From Vitrella brassicaformis CCMP3155 (taxonomy: Eukaryota > Protista > Chromerida): a stretch of 64,000 nt of DNA. Shown here piece by piece: positions 1-13,765 of this stretch. The notes below the pieces were generated by a model that had not been told where the DNA came from, searched no databases, and saw nothing but the letters and a program-made list of their open reading frames with translations. The position numbers and the translations under genes are program-made. Location of the stretch: positions 62,001 through 126,000 of the forward strand of contig CDMY01000947.1 in the NCBI GenBank assembly GCA_001179505.1, in the 5' to 3' direction. The stretch's first letter is position 1. Every line of letters begins with the position of its first letter.

Positions 1-191
1 AAAGACTTCACTCGGCCAGTGAGCTACGCAGAGCCAAACAAAAGGCCAAACGTGAAAACACGGAGGGAGAATTTTCAAGCTCGCCTTTTCGGCTTAGCTC
101 GCAGACGTGAGCGCCGGTCGTGAACCCCGCTGCTCCCGAGGGAGAGGGAAGAGCATACTGTTGGAGTTTGGCCAGCCAGCGATTGGCAGCG

Positions 192-3100
192 ATGGCGGCG
201 CATTATTCCTCTCATTCCCATCCGACGTGCTTCCTGCTGCTGATGATTGTGTGCTCGTCATTCCAGTGGATGCTGGGACAGGTCTGGCTGGCTGCCGGCG
301 CACACACAACAGCCTCAAAGCACGCCTGCCTGCACGGCTGCCTAGATCTGTGACCTCTATCTCTGATTGATCTGCTTGTGTGTTTGTGTGGCTGCTGCAG
401 GCGGCCTTGGAGTTTCAGGCGTTTCGGTTGCTGCAGTACCAGGCGTCTGGCGAGATGTTTGGCAGCTGGAGATCGGCACTCAACGGAATGGCACATCGAA
501 TAGGTCAGACACTCAAACAAACAGCCCAGGCAGGCGGCAGGCAGTCTCCTGTGTGCGACCTGCATTGGCCCTTGATCGATCTGTGTGTGTGTGTGTGTGT
601 GTGTCCCCTACCCCTACACAACAGGTACTGGTAGGAGTATAAATGGTTCGTTAAGTCGTGAGTTGATGCGTAAGATCGTGGTGCTGCGGCTGGCGGAGCT
701 GACTCACCAGTTCCTCGAGGAGTTCCTGGACCAGGTGCAGGCCAGCGGACTCGTCATCCTGCTGCCCCCGCCTGACCAGGAAAGCCAACCACCGCACCCT
801 TGCCCCTCTACCTCCCTCACGCACACCCATCCATGTGTGTGTGGGCGGTTGTCAACCAGGTGACGGCCGAGCAGGTGATGGAGTTCAAGGTGATCGAGCA
901 GTTCCTGGTGCGTCAGCAGATCCCCATGGCCGTCTACTTCGTGTACGAGACTCCGGAGCTGCTGGCGCTCTACGACGAGCTGCCGGCCAGTGAAGGCGGC
1001 GGGAGGGCCGCCGGACCTCAACACACCAATTGGCTCAAGGACCAGATACAGCTCGTGGTACGCATGGGATGGGTGGACCAACACACACGCAGAGCAGAGC
1101 AGAGCAGGGGTGGGTCGGTCCATTGCTTGCCCCTGTGTGTGTGTGTGTTTGTTTGTTTGTTTGTGTAGGCCAAGTTGGGCGAGGCGACGCCGATCAAGCC
1201 GCTGGAGGGGGAGAACCTCTATGTGAGCGGACAAAGCAGGGAACCAAACATCACTCACTCACCAGATTGCTGGATGGGTGGATAAATGCTGTCTGTGTCC
1301 CTCACACATGCAGGGTTTCCTTCACGGCCAGTCCAATGTGACCAGGTCGACATGGCAGACCAACCTCCCCACCATCGCCATCGTGGCCTCATACGACGCA
1401 TTCGGGGGCGCACCGGTGAGGAAACTGACACACCAACGAACCAATCCCTCACCATCACACGGCCACGGCCCCTTGTGTCATGTAGAGTCTTGCGATGGGT
1501 GCCGACGGCAACGGCAGCGGCCTGATCGCCGCCCTCGAGCTGGCTCGTCTGTTCCGGAAGCTGTACGACACGCTCAAGCAGGGCCCTTACAACCTGCTGT
1601 TCCTCCTGACCAGCGGCAGCGTGTCCAACTTCAGGGGGAGCGACTTCTGGCTGAGCAAGAGCGACGCCCGCACACTGGACTTGATCGAGATCGCCATATG
1701 CCTTGACAGCATTGGGGACGGGGAGGGGCTGAGGCTGCATGTGTCGAGGCAGCCCAAGGATGAGAAGGTCAAGAAATTCGTCGAGGTGAGATGGATGACA
1801 TATATCCAGGGGAGGGGGGAAGAATGAATTGATGTAAGGTTCTCTCTCTGTGTTGTGTACGGGTGTCGGTGTGTGAACATTCAGCGGATGAGGGCTGTGG
1901 CTGAGCGGATGAAGATCGACTTCGATCTCAAGACCAAAAAGATCAAGTACCCGGCAACAGCAACAGCGACACGTGCCTGTTCTGTCTGTGTGTGATCTGC
2001 AACTCTCTCTGGGCGTCCTTTCGTTCCTTGTCTGGTTGGTCAGAATCAACGATCCTGTGGTGCCATGGCAACATGAACAGTTCGCACGGTGAGGGAGGGA
2101 GGGAGGGAGGGAGGGCGGGCGGGAGGGAGGGAGCGACCTGAACGCCAGCAAGACTAGCATTCCTATTTGCCTGTTGGTGCGTGGCGTGCATATGTCGGTC
2201 GGTTGCTCAGATACAAGGTGGCGAGCGGCACCTTGTCCCATGTCAGGGGTGAGACATACCCAGCAACAGCACACCCATCTGAACCCGTGTGCATGATACC
2301 GTATTGTGCCTTCAGAGCCGGCACCAATCTTCATACGCAGCTCGCTCTTCGACCAAGAGTGAGCTGCCACGCACCGACACACACACACGAACAAGGGGCA
2401 ACTTGTGTCTTCTCCGTGGTCGGTTTTGTTGCCTCAGCTTCTCGGACGCGGCGAGGGCACGTCTGATGCACCGCATCCGGTTTGTGGCGGAGACGCTCGC
2501 ACTGCACATATACGGCATAGACGACACCGACATTGAGGTCGACTAATCACCACAGAGAACACGCCTTCTCACAAACCATGTGGCTGCCTGTCTGTCTGTC
2601 TGTCTGTGCGTGTGTGGTGTAGGTGTTTGAGGGCACCTTGTCTGTGAATGAGGACTACATCAGGTCGTGGCAGCGGCTGCTGTCCACCACGCCCAGGTTC
2701 TACCCCTTGCTCAAACCCAAATCACCCTTCATGCTGCAGCTCGAAGAGGTAAGTACTAACAACTTTGAGGATCGGCAGCTGCAATCCTTCATGTCTGCGT
2801 CTGGATGGTGTGTTGTGTGTGTTGTGTGTGTGTGTGTGTGTAGGCGCTAGGGGGTTACCTGAAGGAGGTGCAGCGGCAGGCCTTCATCGCGCCCAGCGAA
2901 GTCAACACCTACTACACGGTACGCCCCTCTTCTCTCTCCAAACCACATCATGATGTAGTGTCTGTCTAAGGGTGTTTGGCGTTGCCGATTGTCTGCAGGA
3001 CTTCCCTGTGAGCATCAAGGCGCATCGGACAAAACCCGTGTGGTTCGATTTCCTCTACTTGGTGCTCAACCTCATCTACCTCATGGGCCTTTACGTCGTC

Positions 3101-3317
3101 CTCAAAGGGCCAAAGAACATCGACTGGGCCAAACTACTCGGTCTGTGAGCTGCCTGCACTCAACCGCCCACCCATATCCACCCCTCCACCACTCCACCGA
3201 TCCATCGGCTGTGTGTTTGGTGCAGACGTGAGCTCGTTGCCGAAGAATCTGCCATCCCTTGGCGGCACTGGCAGCGGAGGCAAGACGGCCGGCTCCAAGA
3301 AGAGCAAACATGCATAG
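192..3317 (+). CDS. NCLN: Nicalin (M28-like, NOMO/TMEM147 complex subunit); multi-exon
   Basis: Signal-like N-terminus MAAHYSSHSHPTCFLLLMIVC. Exons read EFQAFRLLQYQ, LPTIAIVASYDAFG, GADGNGSGLIAALELARLFRKLY...YNLLFLLTSG...AICLDSIG (nicalin-like motifs). C-terminal hydrophobic exon near 2990-3110; stop TAG 3315-3317. Confidence 0.85.
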
Positions 3318-3482
3318 GTGTACTACGTGATGCGATGCCGCGTGTGCGTGAGTGAATGTCGGCATATGGATGGATACATGTGTTGGTTCGACGCAATGGG
3401 CGGAACATACACACATGTGTCTGGTGTGCACCATGATGGGCGGGCTTTTCTTGGTTGGCCAGAGGAGAGGGGGGGGGGGGGG

Positions 3483-3782
3483 NNNNNNNNNNNNNNNNNN
3501 NNNNNNNNNNNNNNNNNNNNNNNNNNNNNNNNNNNNNNNNNNNNNNNNNNNNNNNNNNNNNNNNNNNNNNNNNNNNNNNNNNNNNNNNNNNNNNNNNNNN
3601 NNNNNNNNNNNNNNNNNNNNNNNNNNNNNNNNNNNNNNNNNNNNNNNNNNNNNNNNNNNNNNNNNNNNNNNNNNNNNNNNNNNNNNNNNNNNNNNNNNNN
3701 NNNNNNNNNNNNNNNNNNNNNNNNNNNNNNNNNNNNNNNNNNNNNNNNNNNNNNNNNNNNNNNNNNNNNNNNNNNNNNNNNN
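3483..3782. other. Assembly gap (300 N) flanked by G runs
   Basis: 300 N directly in sequence. Confidence 1.
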
Positions 3783-4331
3783 GGGGGGGGAGCGGGCAAT
3801 GGTGGTCAATGGTTGGTGCCGGGGGTTGCTGGTGATGGGTGACTGACAGACACACAAGTGGTGTGACGGGACGGACAAGGCGGGCAGCCCTGAGTGGGCA
3901 GATGTAGGCAATGAGACATTTCCTCTTTCTGTCAGTCAGTTGTATCGAATCTGGTTGTCGTTGTATGTATGTCAACGCATCCGTACGGTACACACGCACA
4001 CACAAAGCCTCCTCTTCTTATGCTATGTGGACAACATATTGTTTGACAGAAAAAATTCGAAATTCAGAAAACGCCAATCGCATCGGTCCATCGAGCAGAG
4101 CATCACCCAGCAGCCGTCAGCCATGAACCAACACGCATATCAGTCGCATGCAGCCACGAACCACACCGCACTGCACCCCACACGACCCCTCCGTCCCCTT
4201 GGTCCGTCTCTCTCTCCGTCCGCTGCTATCTATCTACTGGCTAGAGCTCCGTGTTTGGCACTTGGTGGCACCAATGGGATGTTCCGTCCGTGTGTCTCTA
4301 TCTATCTGTGTGTGTCTCTGTGTGTGTCTTG

Positions 4332-5696
4332 TCACTCGGCCATGAACAAGGGGTCGGGCCAGATGGCCTCGCTGTCTCCAGGCAGCTCCTCGGGCATCGA
4401 TATGCCAATCCCCTGCTCCCACCACGTGGGGGGCAGGTCATTATCTCCATCCTCATCCCCCGGCAGGCCGCACCCCATACCCAAGCCCATACCGCCCATC
4501 GTCGACAGTATCAGGCTGCTGTCGCTGCAGTCGATCATCCCATCCTCTGCATCGCGGCAAACCTCTGCCTCCGTCCAGGCCGTGTTGCTCGGCCTCTCCA
4601 CCTCGTGGCCCCACTCAGACGAGCACCCAGGGGCCTCCTCCTTGTGCTGATGCTCCAGCTCGTCGGGCTCTGAGTCTGAGTCCGAGTCAACACCGAAACG
4701 AGCACTCCAGTAAGCTGACACATCAACACACACACACACACACACATGTCAAGAAATTCCTCCTTGGCCATCTCACCCGGCAATCCATTCACTCACCGTG
4801 GTGTGCCGTATCGTCCGCCCTCTCCCTCCGTGAGTTGTAGAAGAAGAAGCTCGTGCGGTTGAAGTTCATCATCCCCGCGTCCTCGCGCCGTGTCGGCGCC
4901 GCGTCTTCCTCCTTCTCCTCCTTTGGCAGCTTCTTCTTGGCTTTGGCCTTTGGTTTCGGCTTGGCCTTGGCTTTGGCTTTTTTGGGGGCCGGGGGCTGTT
5001 TGCGGGAGGGCGGCGGGGGGCGGCTGTCGGTGTGCGATGTGGTGGAGGCCTCTCTGTCTTGGGGTCTGCGACGCATCCGCCTGGAGAGCCGCAGGGCTCT
5101 GCCATCGTCCAGCGTGACATCCTCCAACTCTGCACGAGTCCACAAACACAAGGAGAGCAGACCAATAATAAATAATAACAGACCAATAATAATAATATAT
5201 ACAGCCACGGGTCTGAGGTGCGGCTCTTTGGTTCATATGAGCGTGTCTCTTTGCTGCCTACTGACCATTCTCATCAGTTGGATGTTTTCGCTTTTGGCCA
5301 CGGCGGCTTTTGTTTTTGTCCTTGGTCTCACAGCCCGGCCTCCACTCCTCTGTTCCATCTGCACACACGTGACACACATGACCGATGGATGCATCCAATG
5401 CAATGGCTGGAGGTCGCTCGCCCCTTGCCCTCTATTGTTACCGCTCTTCTTCTTCGAGCGGGTCCTTTTGGCCTTTCCTTTCGATGCACTCAGCTCCTCG
5501 GCGGCCTCTCTCTCTTCCTCCCAGTCTGCAGATGCCTTCTGCACAGACAGGTGGCCCATGTCAACTGCATCCATCCACAAAAAGCGAAATGCACACAACG
5601 AAATGTATACGTGTTTCATATGGATGAGACTCCTGGCCTCCTCGGACCCTTTCCTTCATCCTCGCTCAACGTACCGTCCATTTTCGTGTCGTCCAT
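4332..5696 (-). CDS. Hypothetical low-complexity Lys/acidic-rich protein; multi-exon
   Basis: MDDTKMD|VDMGHLSVQKAS... Exons are joined by GT-AG introns (e.g. 4713-4796); KAKAKAKPKPK and DSDSDSEPDE tracts; no recognised domain. Confidence 0.55.
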
Positions 5697-6250
5697 GGTC
5701 GCAGTCGAACACACATGAGCCGGGGCGCTCACTTGAGCCTGACATGCATCGCCACTGCCGCCCTCCCAGACCTTGCGGCCCGCCACAATAGCTACATTCG
5801 CCGAGGCGCTTGGCGCTCCAACTTGCTATGGCATTCCCGAGAAGGGCGTGGGCGGCGGATAATAACCGTGAAGGTAGTGGTAGAAGGCCGCTGCAGTGCC
5901 CTCAGCCGCACAGCGCGACAAGACAGACGGCGCGTTGGCGCCACGAGGGGGGAGGGGTGGGGGAACGGGCATGCTGTGTGAAAAGGTAGCAAGAACGACC
6001 AGAAAGCTTAAAGGTGCAACAGAGGGAACCTTAAGAGAGCAACAGTGTCCGGTCGTCAGAAATGCGAGCTAGTAGATTGTCTCAGATCTGTGGTAGTTTG
6101 TGGAGTGTTCTGCGTGTGTGGGCCCTCTCTGTGAGCCTGCCTGTCCATCGCTCTATCGTGTATAGTCAGCCCATGCCCTTCTGAAGGCTTCCCGCCCACC
6201 ACCCATTGCCATCGTATCGACATCGCCCGGTCCGCACCCGGCAAAGGACC

Positions 6251-8389
6251 ATGCCGAGCGCTGCTAGTTTTGAAGATAAGGCCGCCGACGCGCACCTTGC
6301 CCCGCCGTGCCCAGCCAATGCCGAAGAAGGCAGCATCCCAGCCGAGTCCGTCGCTGACACCGCCGTGGCGCGGCAAGTGGCGCGGCTGACCATTTTCGAC
6401 TGGGATGACACCCTCTTCGCCACCACGGCCATCATGACGGGGCCGCTCTCGGTGAGAAATGGGCAGATCTGCCGTCTGCACTCCATGGGGGAGGGGTTTG
6501 CACTGGGGGGTGGGTGTGGTGGGATGGATGGATGTGTTCTGTGGTGTGTGCAGCACGGTGGTGAGGAGAGCGAGATTCGCAAGGCCCTGAAGGGGTTTTT
6601 CAAGAAGGCGGGCCAGCAGATGGCGGCCCTGGACGCGGCGGCCAGCAAGGCCATGGAGAAGGCCGTGGCCGAGGGGAAGGTCATAGTCATCACCAACGGC
6701 GAGACGGTACGTCCCTGCATGACGCGCCATCCGAACAGAGAGAGACACACACACAGAGAGACACCATCCATCCATCCATCCATCCATCCATCCATTGTGT
6801 GCACTGTTGCGTTGTGGGTATCAGGCGTGGGTGAGGTTGTCGTCCGGCTTCATGCCGCTGCTGCAGAAGGTCATGGAGGACAACACCGTCCAAGTAGTGT
6901 CGTCGCGCGAGGCCTTCTCCAAAAACTACCCGGACCGATCGGACCTGTGGAAGGTCGGACCACCACATCCACACCCCACCACACCACACACAGAGGGGGA
7001 GGGGGAGAGAGGGAGTATGTCCATTGTGTGGTGTGTATTGTTGGGTGTGGTGTGTGGGGTGCAGATATACACGTTTGCGCGCGAGATCGGCAAGGTGCGG
7101 CCCCTGGACATGGCCATCACCATTGGCGACGCCCCACATGACATGGACGCCCTCAAGAAATACAGGTACGTACCTACCTTCACACACACACATGGCATGG
7201 ACGAGCCGAACATGTGCAAACACCTGACCTGCACCCTCTCTGTGCGTGTGTGTGTGTGTGTCTTTGTGTGTGTTCTGTTTGTGTGTGTGTGTGTGTCAGG
7301 GGCAAGGGGTCAGGGGCGATGGCCAAGCGGTTTGTCCGGTTCACGGGGCTGCCAGAGCCGCCGACGTTGACCAAGGTCAGAATACAAGACAACACAACAC
7401 ACACACGAACAGAGACACACGCCGCACTTCAAGGCAGTGCACTCATTGGGTACATATGTGTGTGTGTGTGTGTGTGTGTGTGGAATGGCCATCAGGAGTT
7501 GGACACGTTGAGTTCGCTGTACGACGAGATCATCCACCCGGCCACCAAGCGCAAAAACTGGGACATGGACGATATTCTAGAAGTAGCCACACACAACACA
7601 CCGCACCAGAACACAACCCCACACCGTGCATCTCCCTCCAATTTAATGCAGCTATCGCTCCCGGAGGATTTCGAGTACCTCCCGATGGACGGCATCATCA
7701 ACCCACCCTCACCGCCACCCCCACCGGCCAACGGCACTCCCCCAGGCACCCCCGTCGCATCCACACACACACCCAAGCGCGGCCGCTCACCCTCTCCCCG
7801 CCTCCGCCGCCACAACAACAACAACAACAACAACAAAAACCGCATGCGGCCCGCATCGCCGCCCCCACGCAAGAATGGCGGGGGCAAGCGCAAGGTGGGC
7901 GACAAGGCCAGTAGTGCCAGTAGTGCCGATGAGGACGACGAGGGTCCGTGCCCGATGGACCTGTCAGAGGACATCGAAGGCGTGGACGAGGTGGCCAAGG
8001 GTCGGAGCAAGAAGGCCAAGAGCAAGGGAAAAGGTACGGGTAGCGGGATGGTCAAGACACGTGAGGTGGAGGCGGACGAGGTGGTAGTGGCCGGGGATGA
8101 GGAGGAGGGAGAGGGAGAGGGGGGCCGCGAGCGCGACGCCACGCCCCAGCGGCAGCTCAAGAAGCTCCGCCGGCTCACCCAGCAGCGGGCCGGCGTGATG
8201 CGCATGAGCATGGGGGGTGGTGATGGTGCCGACGACGGCCCCAAGACGCCCCAGTTCGGCGCGGCCACCCCCTCTGCCGGCGCACGGGCGTCGTGCCGCA
8301 CGCCGTCGCCGTCGAAGCGGGGCAAGACGCGGCTGAGCGATCCCCCCGCCACACCGCGGTACGACTTCCGCCACAAGCGGTCGTCCTAG
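6251..8389 (+). CDS. HAD-superfamily phosphatase-like protein (FDWDDTLF type) with long disordered C-terminus; multi-exon
   Basis: Motif I IFDWDDTLF, motif II VIVITNGET, motif IV ITIGDAPHD; C-terminal Pro/Asn/acidic low-complexity tail; stop 8387-8389. Confidence 0.75.
7814..7834 (+). repeat. (AAC)7 coding microsatellite, poly-Asn
   Basis: aacaacaac... in the final exon of the HAD gene. Confidence 0.95.
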
Positions 8390-10596
8390 ATAGCGAATCT
8401 CGATAGTACACCATTATGATTGATATGATAGAGGCAGGGAGGCAAGGAGGGAGGGAGGGGATGGAGGGGAGGAGGGGAAGTCTGTGCATATGTGTGTGCT
8501 CGTGTGTGTGGCGCGTTGTGATGTTGAAGGCAGCTACCTGAATGAATGAAAGGATGGATGGATGGATGAGTGCAGGCAGCTGCTAGGCAGGCGGGCGGGC
8601 CGAATCTCACACGACACAGATATGATAAGAGAGGAGGCGCTGCCCTGCGCTGCTCTGCTGCTTTTCACTCGCTCACCTTCCCAAGGTATAGCCGTCTGGC
8701 CGTCTGGCCGTCTCTTTGTCCTCTGCCGGAGCTGTCCAAGGCTCATGCGTGATGGCATGCAATGGAATGACGTCTCCCCGCTTACTTTTCCCCCCTTAAA
8801 GATTTTCTTTTTCTGTGATGGCTTCTTTTGCACATCTAGCTGCATTGGCTGTGTTGTGCTGTGTTGTGTTGTGTTGCGGAGGAGAGAGACATGACAGGTA
8901 CACAGAGAGAGAGGGAGGGGAGAGGAGGGGGGGGGGGCGAGAGAGAGATATAGACGAACAGGGCTGACTGGCCTGCCTCCCCCGCCCGAGCGACCGCACA
9001 CACAGACTGACTGGCAAGACAGACAGACACAGTCTAGCGATGGATATGGAACTGTGTCTCGTCCACCCAACGTGTGCTTACTCATTCGTAGTTGACCGCC
9101 TGGATGCCCATCTTTCTGTATGTCTGTGGATGCGTGTGTGTGTTTGTGTGTCTGTGTCTGTGGTGTGTGCTGTGTGTGCCTCCCTCGCGATGCCGGATAT
9201 GCGTGGTCACATTGGGAGGGGAAGAGCCGGTGGGGTGGCGGGCGGGACAAGAGAGCGCTAGACATCGAGAGAGAGGTTGCAGACATGGGATATATAAGGG
9301 GGGAGCGAAAGGCGGACAGAACAGCTTAGCTTCTCTTGTGAACGTGTAGAAGCGTGTGGTGTGGCTGGGCTGACGTGTTGATACTAGCTATGGTTGGCCG
9401 ATCGCACACTTGTTGACATGGATGGATGGATGGATGGCCTGACTGACCGTTATGATGGATGGTGCACATGGCATGGCATGGTTTGGCTGGGAGGGACACT
9501 GACACAGTCAAGACAGGTCAAATCCTCTGCCGCCGCGGGAAACCATGTCAGTCAGTCAGTCAGTCAATCCAACCGCCCACCACCAACCATTCAGTCAATC
9601 AACCACAGAGATCCGAGCAGCGAGTCTCATTTTGTAATGAGTGTATTCTGTGCGATCCCACACTTTGTATCAGACAGGGCCAAAGCGGGTCGCACAGTGA
9701 TCTGACAGACGAGTGGCTCATGATGCACCCGTCGATCCCTGCCACCTCTACAACAGCGCGCACCATCAGTTTTGGAGACTGATGTGGTGCTGTTGCGGTG
9801 GGGGCAGCGAAGGAATGGGTGCACCATGCGCAGCACTCAGTGAGTGAATGAATGAGTGAGTGGGTCCAGCCAGGGAAAGAATCGACTACGGTAAGCGCGA
9901 AAAGAAAGGGGCCAGTCAGCCGACCAATCGCAACCAACCAACCAATACCGCACCCTCTCTCCTTGCCAGGAGTCACTACCGTCACTCTCACACCCATCCC
10001 CTCACACACACACACACATGCAATCCAGGCAGGCACTCATCTGTCTGTGTATACGTGGCTACCAATGACTGGCAAAAAAGGACCGCCGCCGACCCACGGG
10101 ACGGACCGCGAAAAAGGCGTGCGTGCGTGCGTCCATGTGCGGATGCAGGAGGCAGGGGCAACCTGGGCATATCGATGTTTGCAGGTCGCCCCCATTCACT
10201 CACTCACACACAGACACAAACACACACAGGGAGGCAGGCAGGCAGGCAGGAAAGACTTGACAGAAAAGTCATGAGAGGGGGGGAGGGAGATGGAGATGAA
10301 GATACCAAGACCCTTCCCGCCCCTGGTTAAATACAGGAGTGAGCACTGAGCACACCCCACCCCACCCCGACGCACCCCACCCCACCAACACTCAATCAGC
10401 CTCTCACTCAACCACTCGCGGCGCACAACAGGAGGTTGTGTGCATCAGGCAGGTCGCCCCGCTCACTCAGGCGTTCCTGCCCGCCCGGCCCTTAGACTTG
10501 TTCTTACGACCACCTGCACCCACACACACATATCCACACATCCATCCATCCATCTATCGACGACCGTCAGCCATCCATGCAGCCACCCGTTTCTCA

Positions 10597-13348
10597 TCAC
10601 TGACCTCTGTTTCGCTTCTTGCGTGAGCCAGTGGTGCTCTGCGGCGGCAGCTGGAACTCCCCGTCGGCCGGCGTGAGCACCGGCGGCAGCGGGCCGCCTC
10701 TGCGGTCGTTGGTCCAGGCGAATGGCGTGGCGGGGGAGGGGGTGCGGGTGGTCTCGGAGCCGCCCTCATGCTGTGTGTTGCCGCCGTCCTCAGCCGTGCC
10801 CGCAGAAGTAGGCTCCTGCACACACATGGACACAGACGGATGGATGGATGGATGTGCTGTTGTCTGTCTGTGTGCTCTGTAGAACTAACTCACCGATGCC
10901 TGGTAGGCAGAGAAGAACTTGGGCAGCAGCTTGTTGCAGCCTTGCAACGGGCTCTCCCCCTCCCCCTCCTCGCCACGGCCAAACTCCCCCTCATGCACAC
11001 TCCGCGACCCCCAGTTCTTCATCCACAGTGACGGTGTGGCATCGTCCTCCTCGCCACCCTCTAACTCCTGGTCGCTCTCCTCTGCGATGTCGGCCAGCTG
11101 CTGGTTGTGGGCGGGGGCGCGCACACCCGGGCCGACAGGTGGCGAGCCGCCGATGGTCTCGCGGGCGCCGCGGTAGTTGCGCTTGAAGACCTTCTTCCGC
11201 AGGAGGTCGGCCAATGTGGGCCGCTGGGAGGGGTCTGCATACACAGAGAGACAACAGATGGAGGTGCGTGGGTTGGTGGGGTGGGGGTTCTCTGGTCGGG
11301 GGATGTGATGTGTGGCTGACCGACCAGGGTGCAGGAGTCGTTTGATGAGTGTCCTGAGCGACGGCTTGATGGCGGGCGGGAGCGCGTCGACCATCTCGTG
11401 GATGCAGCGGGCCTCCTGCATCACCTGGGCGCCCAGCAGCCCGTCCAACTCCCACATGAAGGTGCCTGCACCACACCACACACAGACCCAGACAATGAGA
11501 TGAGATTGAACACCCCATCCCCATATGTGGTCTCTCTGAGGTCGCGCTACCCGAGCACATCTCGAGTAGGACACAGCCGAGCGACCAGACGTCAGCGGGT
11601 TTGCCGTATCGAGAGGAGGACAGCATCTCGGGGGCCATGTAGCACTCGGTCCCTGCCTGAGTCATGGCGCTCTTCTGACCGCCTGCAGTGCACATGGACG
11701 CACACAGTCACACATTACTCCACGCCATGCGGGTCGTTCATGTGTGTGCAGAGTGTACCTTTCTTGTTTGCGATGCTCTGCCGCTGGGTGGGGCGGGACA
11801 AACCAAAATCACCTATGGCCACACACACAGTGCGTCACATCACACCACATGCCGAGTGCGTCATCCACCATTGGTGATCGCTCGCTTCGCTCACCGAGCC
11901 GAATGTCGCCGTTCTCGGTCAGGAAAATGTTCTGGCTCTTGATATCTCTGCATGCACCAACACACACACAAACACAAGGATATGACGCCGTTTCTGTGTG
12001 TGTGTGTGTGTTGTCCTGCTGGTGCCTGTCAGACTGACCTGTGTATGACGTTGCGCTCGTGCAGGTAGTACACCGCCTGACACACCTGGTGAAACCACTT
12101 CAGTATCTGATTGATGGCCATCACACACCCACACCACAGACACACACCAAGCCCTGTCAACATGTGTGTGTGTGTGTGTGTGTGGTGTCAGCCAGTCAGC
12201 CTACGCTGTCCTCGCAGAATCCGCCGTGCTCGTTCTCGATCTTCTGCTTCATGTCCCCCTCAGGGCAGTACTCCATCACTATCACAAAGGTGAAGTGCGG
12301 CTCGAACGACCCGTACGTGTAACTCGTGTGAATGAAGTCCTCCTCGTAGGCAACCTGTGCATGACATGACATGAGACACACACATACAGAGGGGGCGTGT
12401 GTGTGTGTGTGTGTGTGTGGGAGGGGGGAAGGGGTGTTTGTGCGGTGAAAGCGGTGCGGTGACCGTACGATGTATTTGTGTCTGAGTGAGATGAGTCGTT
12501 TGGCCTCGTTGGTGTAGGTGTCGGCCTCGGTGATGTCCTCGACAGGGATGCGCTTGATGACGAACAGGTGGCCGTCGCTCTCGCGCTCCGTCAGCCACAC
12601 CGTACCGTACCCACCCCCACCCAACTGATCGACCAAACACACCACACACATCACATGCAGACAGACAGACAGACAGACATACAAACGTCGATATGCCCTC
12701 ACTGCATGGGCCATTTGTACAAAGACACGAGCGTACCTGATGAATCATCTTATAAGCCCCCGTGCACATCCTGCACTTGCACTGCCGCGCACACGCACAC
12801 ATGAGCTTCCACAAGTAGATGCACCCCAGGAAACAAAGACCCCCCAGCAAAACCAACGCAGCCACGTTGTCACTCGTCAGCGGAAAGGTCAGCGTCGTCA
12901 CCTCCCTCTCCCTCTCCCTCTCTCTCTCCCCCTCTCTGTCGCTCCACTCCCCCGATGTCGTCTGCGTCTCGCTGTCACCCTTGACGATTCCTGGGTCATG
13001 GTCAGTCCTCCTCCTATATACCCCACACAGGCGGTCGAAGGTCCGTGTTGCCTCTGGGGGGTCGCTCCGCCGCTCGTGCAACGCCGGGTGTGTCACGGTG
13101 GTGTCGTTGTCAGCATGCGAGGGCTGCGGAGCGCACGAGTCGCCGTCGCACTGCTGCTGGGAGGGGGGGAGGGGCGCCGAAGGCTCTGGGGATGCGTCTG
13201 TGTCAGAACACTCGACATCTGTGGTGTCGACGGCGGCCGACTGACTGTTGAGGTGGAACACCACCTGCTCCGCCAGCTTGTTTGCCTTGCAGAGCGGCAG
13301 GTGGCTGCATAGGAGGGTGAGGGCGGCAGAGTGGATCATAAACGCCAT
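10597..13348 (-). CDS. NIMA-related (NEK) Ser/Thr kinase with N-terminal signal-like peptide and transmembrane helix; multi-exon
   Basis: Spliced motifs YKMIHQ|LGGGGYGTV, VIKRI, HR|DIKSQNIFL, G|DFGLS, GTECYMAPE, DVWSLGC, DPSQRPT; TM NVAALVLLGGLCFLGCIYLW upstream. Confidence 0.88.
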
Positions 13349-13490
13349 TCTATCGAAGCACAGCGACAAGGGGATGTACGTCGCGCCTCAGAGAGGCAAG
13401 TGAGGGAGACAAGTCGCTAAGCCCGCAAGAAAAACTCTTCCGTGAAACCGCTCCCTCCCTAGAGAAGGGAACAAGAACGACAGAGGTGTG

Positions 13491-13520
13491 GGATGGATGG
13501 ATGGATGGATGGATGGATGG
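13491..13520. repeat. (GGAT)n microsatellite (representative of many in the window)
   Basis: ggatggatggat... seen directly. Confidence 0.95.
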
Positions 13521-13765
13521 ACACGCACCCGTCCACAGTTGATTCATTCGTGCACTCTCTTGATATTCTCACTCACTCAAGCGATCGTTATTTGGTATAC
13601 ACGCGTCCATCCATGGCCGGCCATGAACGACTTCATCACGCCACGCACACATGCTATCTTGACGGCGTTGACGCAAGCATGGACACGTCCGTGTGCACTG
13701 CACACACATTCATCCATACGATCGTACGAGCCGCAGCCGCGCGGCCTCTTCCCTGCTGGTGGTGG

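Noticed and set aside
3102-4005. Long ORFs spanning N runs (also near 19000, 22500 and 26200)
   Set aside because: Artefacts of translating assembly gaps.
4800-4875. HMG-box-like start (NRTSFFFYNSRRE) in the hypothetical gene
   Set aside because: The downstream helices of an HMG box are absent.
8400-10590. Possible small gene in the convergent spacer
   Set aside because: No consistent exon chain or motif; dominated by simple repeats.
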